Virus record (IMG/VR): IMGVR_UViG_3300037067_012889
Coordinates: 128,001 to 192,000 of that record
DNA: 64,000 nt
Strand: one strand, 5' to 3'
DNA from: a virus
Taxonomy: Duplodnaviria; Caudoviricetes
Made by a program: the position numbers and the translations under genes. Every line of letters begins with the position of its first letter. Positions within the stretch are counted from its first letter, which is position 1. Positions 59,201-64,000 of this stretch are shown one piece after another. Under the pieces are notes generated by a model. It worked only from the letters and a program-made list of their open reading frames with translations. It ran no database searches and had not been told where the DNA came from.

Positions 59201-60374
59201 TCATCTGAGCAAGCCACGTATCTTGGAAAGAGACAAGTTTTGACTTATAAGCATTAACAACAACTGTAATAAAATCAGACAGTTTTGTCAATTCTATTGA
59301 TGTAGTATCGCCCACTTCTAAATCTGCTGGCATCTTTACCAATAATATGTCTGCTGTATCCGCATTTGATAATGGATCTCCACTAGGAATCGACAGGCTC
59401 CAATCATCGAGTGTAACATAATCATTACCATTCTCGGCGACCGTAGGATATATAAGTGCTCGCTGTGTTGGTTGTGCATATATCTGATCTGCAGGAGCAG
59501 TATTAGATGGGACATTCATCTTCGCAGTAGTATAAGACATCTGTCCAGCAGAGCCATTCATCTGCAAAGAAACAACTGCGGTATCAACAATATTAGTCGA
59601 GTCAACTACCTTGATACCACTGAAAGTATAGGCTGTAGTGGCGTCGGCTCCAGTATCACCTTTTTCGCCAGCCGGACCGTCATTAAAACCATCTGTACCG
59701 GCCGGACCAGTAGCACCAGTCTCGCCCTTCTTACCTGTAGGCCCAACAACTTCCAGACACAGCGCATCGATAAAATTCGTGCTAAGAGAAAACTTTATGC
59801 CAGCCAAATTCACGCCAGTGGGATCATCTGGTAGAGGCTGGCCAAGATAAGGATATCCATTACTATCAATGCATTCGATCAGCAAACTATCACTGTGTAA
59901 CTTGATATCGCCGCTGACTAGACCAACACGATTGCTTTGCGATCTAATTATTGCATTTTGATCAGTGACGATTCCAAACGCACCAGCTACAATAGGGATA
60001 GAATCTAAAAATCGCTTATTTTGCGAACTCAGTAAGCCTGTCGTATTGACATCGGCTATAGGATAACTTGTGGAGGTACCAATACTAACCCAAACACTCA
60101 GATCGGACGACCAGCGCCATCTAACTAAATTACTATCTGTCCATATTTGGCCGTCTGCCGGATACTGCGGAAGTTGCACAGGAGTGGCATTGTTCTGTAA
60201 TGTGTTGGTATTTATCGTCCCAACATCATTCCATTTTGGTCCGGTGGCACCGGTAGCACCGGTGGCACCAGTAGACCATTGCCAGCTGACGAGATTTCCA
60301 TCGACCCAAACCTGGCCAAGAGTTGGGCTAGATGGTGCTGGATTTTTTGCTACTGGATTTGTGTGTGTAGACAT
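56217..60374 (-). CDS. large tail fibre-like protein with collagen segment and three vWA-like modules
   Basis: N-terminal region paralogous to 51687..55721; GPTGKKGETGATGPAG; 3x ITDE...GILQ-type modules; VVDTSGS. Confidence 0.7.
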   Translation of the reverse strand: MSTHTNPVAKNPAPSSPTLGQVWVDGNLVSWQWSTGATGATGATGPKWNDVGTINTNTLQNNATPVQLPQYPADGQIWTDSNLVRWRWSSDLSVWVSIGTSTSYPIADVNTTGLLSSQNKRFLDSIPIVAGAFGIVTDQNAIIRSQSNRVGLVSGDIKLHSDSLLIECIDSNGYPYLGQPLPDDPTGVNLAGIKFSLSTNFIDALCLEVVGPTGKKGETGATGPAGTDGFNDGPAGEKGDTGADATTAYTFSGIKVVDSTNIVDTAVVSLQMNGSAGQMSYTTAKMNVPSNTAPADQIYAQPTQRALIYPTVAENGNDYVTLDDWSLSIPSGDPLSNADTADILLVKMPADLEVGDTTSIELTKLSDFITVVVNAYKSKLVSFQDTWLAQMKSFIETKDAAAREVLSSIAQQVAQCEFKRPIEFCLGIAPSDCSQGVANTLLSADITIANTTITIDSATNFPTTGPYTIIVGTEHMLVTAGYGTTVWTVTRGVDYTSPTTHTADTAVVLKIEVNIPIVDSGSTPTPAPVGATGVTTTATSTTSTDISSDTTMLSRSKYSSLASFDPTNPAKCLLPYRMMLVIITDEANPVYVTGIPDVDLTIVNYYNNDKAEWEKFIGNLTANQIVALGLLQIPKIGDAYYGDERDMKCADCTLPYDSMRTETFYHLLPEQSPKITSADIVTFVEKMLSNVTYDNDSDPIRLCGGEFIPNQINILFKSKAMSIDSSDILSEQSALNDAVAELQIAYPDVCFVSTISSSSPDHDQDDRWLRDSTTTASRYLCYQCPTTTVPGTDHVVIMCITDEASPIYSYDGYKGPDGVSGPIGIPSGMTAWDFDLAKWKDSLAALNGSDNKVRLGILQPQGYAGASPLGGSLKPSTSAWPGDTDRNRITIVQTNTPSFTADDMMAAFKAITNDNDYAATILYIVVDTSGSLGDPDKVDGIISAGVSLLQKTYTSLIIRTDVVDVGSNKAGELAVPPPISGYITQVASNIYLWGWQYVSPAKQSILFPTLYVRSTIDAAERWLGRAVGVVEQLLYYWMPKPTYIPTAAYQMMILVITDESNCDPSITTNDGYVSYEGSGYNTGYANYTYDKIQWNTWISSLCNSQYVTVGILQLANPGSPSYPEQTDRGPDQYTLADGSKTNGWIIDKTHEFKQDERDILPDTSWGTNIDTSVEDGSFPKDSRGTITHKVLPWNGFGVKRVTATDIMDFYNEMTNNGALCPDLVAVLLDTTQSMKPSLTYWINKAVAEHNNTTHGVEVDQTSSLSYYDTTLGRWIGPRVADSVDTAETDVGFLMSDEVNSAVLALQCVVPPSGFTAYGYKHPLVVEMGYNGRWLQAMNTVTTYFLNKDNDTTFHVGDETWWSSYRSTMCETVASTTIPCSDCGSP

Positions 60375-60424
60375 AGGGTGACCTTTTCCTTATATTTCAC
60401 CCAATATCTACAGTATCGTGATAA

Positions 60425-60589
60425 TCACAACTGCCGACGCACAAATCCTATACACACCAGCCAAATTATGGCTGCTATGATGATGGATTGTATATTATTA
60501 AAGCGATATCTTATCAGCTCAGCAATACCAATATACGCAAAGACCAGTAGCAATGCTGAAGCAATCATGGTCGCCCTGGTATACCGCAT
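60425..60589 (-). CDS. small two-TM membrane protein (not in ORF track)
   Basis: MRYTRATMIASALLLVFAYIGIAELIRYRFNNIQSIIIAAIIWLVCIGFVRRQL, 54 aa, starts 1 nt after the 60591 stop. Confidence 0.5.
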   Translation of the reverse strand: MRYTRATMIASALLLVFAYIGIAELIRYRFNNIQSIIIAAIIWLVCIGFVRRQL

Positions 60590-60590
60590 A

Positions 60591-61034
60591 TCATTCGGCA
60601 TCGAGCTTATTCAGTTGATGTGCAAATGCCATGATGGCACTGTTCGGACTGCCATGCTCTAAGATATGATCGCCAAGAGCAATGCAAAAATCAACATCGA
60701 GCAATATTGGTACATAATCGGCCATCACCAAAAATGCGCCGAACTGAAATGGATTCTTAGATGGCTTTGATGATCCATTCGAATGAGTATGATCTTGAGT
60801 AGCTTCCATTTTAGAGGGGGCTCTGCTTGTTCGCATTGAAGCTTGTTCCGAAGATGTCTTACCATATGGAATTGCTGTGCTCATATCCAATTCCTCTATT
60901 ACCTCTTGGTTCTCGGAGCAGGTCTTTTCATCTAATTCCTCTGCTCCTTGGTTTTTAGAACAGGTCTTTTCATGATTGGTAAGTCCTGATCTACTTTTAG
61001 CCGTCTTACCACAAAACTTGCAAACTAATTCCAT
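60591..61034 (-). CDS. C2HC zinc-finger protein
   Basis: CKFCGKTAKSRSGLTNHEKTC. Confidence 0.7.
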   Translation of the reverse strand: MELVCKFCGKTAKSRSGLTNHEKTCSKNQGAEELDEKTCSENQEVIEELDMSTAIPYGKTSSEQASMRTSRAPSKMEATQDHTHSNGSSKPSKNPFQFGAFLVMADYVPILLDVDFCIALGDHILEHGSPNSAIMAFAHQLNKLDAE

Positions 61035-61106
61035 TATCGACTTTCTAAAATAAGGTGATACCTACAATAATAACTCACATAGAGTTAAGCGTGCAAAAAT
61101 ATCTAT

Positions 61107-61361
61107 ATGGAATCATTCTTCGAAGAATTAGAAGTTGTAAAAGCCGGTAATACACTATACCAAAACTGGTTGGATTATGCTTTATCATTTACGAAAGAAG
61201 ACATACGAGAAATTATTGAAAATGGTTTAACATACCAAGCAGACAGCTTACGATCTATGATACGTGAATTAATCGCTGGACAACCTGTACCGAAGACATT
61301 GCATCGTAAGTTAGACATAATTCTAGTCGCATCTAGGCGACAAGCAAATCAGTTAAGATAA
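61107..61361 (+). CDS. hypothetical protein
   Basis: 84 aa, ATG 5 nt after CAAAAATA. Confidence 0.55.
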   Translation: MESFFEELEVVKAGNTLYQNWLDYALSFTKEDIREIIENGLTYQADSLRSMIRELIAGQPVPKTLHRKLDIILVASRRQANQLR

Positions 61362-61423
61362 CGGTTAAATACGTACTACATTTGACTGTCTTGACAATTT
61401 GCAAATTTAGCATCACGTTGATT

Positions 61424-62119
61424 TCATCGGTTTATGGCATTTCGTACAAAATACATCAGATGAGCATACTGCTGTGGTATCTTCTTGCGTTCTCTTGCCT
61501 TCCATTCTAATGCAGATGCTTTTTTATGTGCATCATTATAATTGTGACCATTATCTAATATTTCAGCTCGTTCGAAAAATTCATGCAAAGCTACGAATGG
61601 TAGTTCGCTCTTATGTATCGCAATATCTAACCAGATCTCATCAGTAGGAACCCAATCGTATGCGCCATGATTTCCGCCCAAACAGAAATCTACCTTATAT
61701 TGATCCCTGACTGCTTCGGCATTTATTAAATAGAAACGTACACCAGATATTATTCCAAGATCGAGCTGATAAATTTCTTGATCTGGCTTACCATATGGGC
61801 CGTGCTTCGACGGTAGTGCCTTTGATCGTTCTGCTTTTTCTGCCCGTATACCAGTTTTATAATCATCGTGAAGCATCCCAACAACCAAACCATAAATAAC
61901 ATATGGTAGTTCGTCACGAGATATGCTATCTTCTATCCATCCTTCATTTTCTGGTATTTGGCTTATAAGCTGGTGACTAGCCGATTCGTTAAATTCTTCA
62001 AAATCTGGGCTTATTGAGCGTATTTGTTCGCCGTTCACAAGATAGATAGAAATATTACCAAAACGTTTAAGCGGTTGCTTTGTAATTCTAGTGTCTTCTG
62101 ATAACAATCTTAATTTCAT
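61424..62119 (-). CDS. internally duplicated zincin-like protein with MKLRLLSE tag
   Basis: Two copies of YL[VI]N.E.[IV]R...E.W...I...ELP[YF]V; second copy has HEFFE...YNDAH. Confidence 0.6.
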   Translation of the reverse strand: MKLRLLSEDTRITKQPLKRFGNISIYLVNGEQIRSISPDFEEFNESASHQLISQIPENEGWIEDSISRDELPYVIYGLVVGMLHDDYKTGIRAEKAERSKALPSKHGPYGKPDQEIYQLDLGIISGVRFYLINAEAVRDQYKVDFCLGGNHGAYDWVPTDEIWLDIAIHKSELPFVALHEFFERAEILDNGHNYNDAHKKASALEWKARERKKIPQQYAHLMYFVRNAINR

Positions 62120-62125
62120 AATATA

Positions 62126-62133
62126 TATTTATA
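62126..62133 (-). promoter_or_regulatory. TATAAATA late-promoter-like element
   Basis: Exact T4 late consensus 6 nt before the ATG of the MKLRLLSE gene; no SD. Confidence 0.45.
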
Positions 62134-62428
62134 TCAAGAACATGCTGTAATCGTTATAATCATCATATGTATCAGCTACAGCATCCATATTACGTAATCT
62201 GTTCCTTTGCACTTCTGCTATTCTATCTGCGATTTCTTCAGGTGTAGGATTTACAGCAACATTACCATGTAGACATTTACGAAGTTCTATTCCTTGCGAC
62301 ACTATTATTTTCTTAATCACATTTCGAGAGCAATCAAATCTACGCCCTATTTCGCTCAATGTAAGACCATTTTGATATGCTTCCGCAATAATAGGCCATA
62401 CTTCTTCTGGTATTTTGTTCGAGACCAT
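62129..62428 (-). CDS. HTH DNA-binding protein
   Basis: YQNGLTLSEIGRRFDCSRNVIKKII. Confidence 0.7.
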   Translation of the reverse strand: MVSNKIPEEVWPIIAEAYQNGLTLSEIGRRFDCSRNVIKKIIVSQGIELRKCLHGNVAVNPTPEEIADRIAEVQRNRLRNMDAVADTYDDYNDYSMFLI

Positions 62429-62434
62429 GATTAA

Positions 62435-62647
62435 CTAGGAAACTAATCCGTTTGGATGATAAACTTCCGCCACCCTTGCTATACCATCTGGATATATCAT
62501 TTCTGCAATTGCTTCAGCAATTTCATAACGCATTTGCTTGTCCTCAGCTTGATTCATAGCTTCGAACAATTCTACAAGAGTATGAATTTTCTTGCGTTTA
62601 CGTAAAACATTGCGTGTTATTTTTTTGCGTATTCTATCTGAAGTCAT
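62435..62647 (-). CDS. hypothetical protein
   Basis: GAGG RBS, 70 aa. Confidence 0.55.
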   Translation of the reverse strand: MTSDRIRKKITRNVLRKRKKIHTLVELFEAMNQAEDKQMRYEIAEAIAEMIYPDGIARVAEVYHPNGLVS

Positions 62648-62712
62648 GTTGATTCCTCAATTAAATACCAATGTAGATTTTGTATTTAATGATTAACGAA
62701 AAGGAGCCTATT

Positions 62713-63267
62713 ATGGCGTTAGTTTGGACTGCACCTCTAGAAATCATCGAAAAATTACAAGAAATCAAGGACAAATCACATCCGGAGTTAGAAAGCGTCT
62801 CCATAGTCGTCGAATTATCTGATGCCAAGCCATTCAAAAACAATAGATTGAATCTTGGCAATGTGCGTAAATTCTCGGCAGCTAATAAGATCTGGCAAAA
62901 AGGCGATTTCGATTTTTGCATCACATTAGTTGGAGAAGTGTGGCAGGACATCCTAAAAGGTCAACAACGTGATGCTCTACTAGACTTACATCTGACAAGA
63001 ATCGAGCCCGTCTGCGAGCCGCAGGTAGTCATTGAGAACAAGAAACGAATCCCATGTAAAGATGAATTCGGTAGAATTATTCTCACCGAAGAACAAAAAC
63101 TTGATAAGAATGGCAATCCACGATGGAGAATTGTGCCAATAGATCTTGGCGTTCTATCTAGGAATGTCAGAAGATACGGATTCTGGTTTGACGATCTTAT
63201 TGAATTTCAGAATGCTCTAGCAGACGCAGCAGAGAGCCAAGAATCGGATGAGGAGTTAGCGAGTTAA
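62713..63267 (+). CDS. phage metallopeptidase-like protein (degenerate HExxH)
   Basis: HPEL...LG...K...DFCITL...W....QRDALLDLHLTRI...D...VRRYG; AAGGAG RBS. Confidence 0.6.
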   Translation: MALVWTAPLEIIEKLQEIKDKSHPELESVSIVVELSDAKPFKNNRLNLGNVRKFSAANKIWQKGDFDFCITLVGEVWQDILKGQQRDALLDLHLTRIEPVCEPQVVIENKKRIPCKDEFGRIILTEEQKLDKNGNPRWRIVPIDLGVLSRNVRRYGFWFDDLIEFQNALADAAESQESDEELAS

Positions 63268-64000
63268 TGAGTTTGCAATCACGCATTGATGCGTTAAAAT
63301 ATTCAATCGAGTCAGATTTTCAGAAAGAAATAGGTAAGCTGCTTGGTCTCCAGCGCGAAATGAATGCTGGAAACTTAATAGAATGCCTAGATGATGGATT
63401 CGTTCGCTTAGTCGATCACATGGGCGATGATTCCGCTATCGTACAAGCAGCGAGAGTTAGCTATGGTGCTGGTACGAGATCTATCAATGACGACAATGGT
63501 CTCATACGCTATCTAATGCGCCATAGACACACATCTCCATTCGAGATGGTCGAATTCAAATTCCATGTTCGCGTTCCAATGGATTGTTGGCGACAGTGGA
63601 TCCGGCACAGAACGGCATCTGTGAATGAAACGTCTACAAGATATAGCGAAGCCATCGATAGTCGAAGCATTACGAGTTGCGATTCTTGGAGACTGCAATC
63701 TAGTGATAGAAAACAAGGGTCTTCTGGTTTTGCACCGGCACATCTACAGTCTCCATCCGATCCAGCAGCTTATTATGAACTTACTGGTGAATATCTGACA
63801 AAACGAGAAGCAGATCTACACGAATTAGCACAGAACGTCTATCTTGAAAGACTCGAAGCTGGTATAGCTAGAGAGCAAGCACGTAAAGATTTACCACTAA
63901 GCACATATACTGAAGCTTATTGGAAAATAGATGGGCATAATCTGTTGCATTTTCTTGGATTGCGTATGGAAGCTCACGCGCAACTAGAGATTCGGACGTA
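63267..64000 (+). CDS. thyX: FAD-dependent thymidylate synthase (3' truncated)
   Basis: LDDGFVRLVDHMGDD..IVQAARVSY...H.SPFE...RQWIRHRTASVNETSTRY...AREQAR..LP; TAATG-coupled; absent from the ORF track because there is no stop in the window. Confidence 0.95.
   Translation, partial: MSLQSRIDALKYSIESDFQKEIGKLLGLQREMNAGNLIECLDDGFVRLVDHMGDDSAIVQAARVSYGAGTRSINDDNGLIRYLMRHRHTSPFEMVEFKFHVRVPMDCWRQWIRHRTASVNETSTRYSEAIDSRSITSCDSWRLQSSDRKQGSSGFAPAHLQSPSDPAAYYELTGEYLTKREADLHELAQNVYLERLEAGIAREQARKDLPLSTYTEAYWKIDGHNLLHFLGLRMEAHAQLEIRT

Noticed and set aside
1-64000. tRNA or rRNA genes
   Set aside because: Intergenic gaps are short and I found no cloverleaf or T-loop consensus by eye; tRNAscan-SE would be needed to exclude them fully

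Overview
Gene-dense, AT-leaning segment of a large (probably jumbo) tailed-phage genome in the standard genetic code. I saw no tRNA, CRISPR array or reverse transcriptase. It contains: (i) small accessory genes at the left end; (ii) baseplate, tail and fibre genes, including a tandem-paralog adhesin cassette (3 LamG-like paralogs, 3 seven-bladed beta-propellers) and two very large collagen-containing fibre-like proteins; (iii) nucleotide and DNA-modification genes (adenosine deaminase, Nudix, Dam-type methylase, tmk, dut, thyX); (iv) a GT31-like glycosyltransferase, a RimI-like acetyltransferase and a free-standing homing endonuclease. Several genes resemble Planctomycetota proteins, suggesting a planctomycete host (inference). 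The strongest candidate for an undescribed system is a set of putative head-packaged, protease-matured cargo proteins. Three unrelated proteins share a nucleotide-conserved N-terminal tag M[KQ]LRLLxE, analogous to the T4 capsid-targeting sequence. Other proteins carrying [LI]-x-E sites are a highly divergent 785-aa sigma70-like protein with an inserted Zn finger, a gp2-like/ADP-ribosyltransferase-like fusion and an HTH protein. Many of these genes sit behind a recurrent CAAA-N-ATA promoter-like motif. All family assignments are from motif recognition by eye, not database searches.
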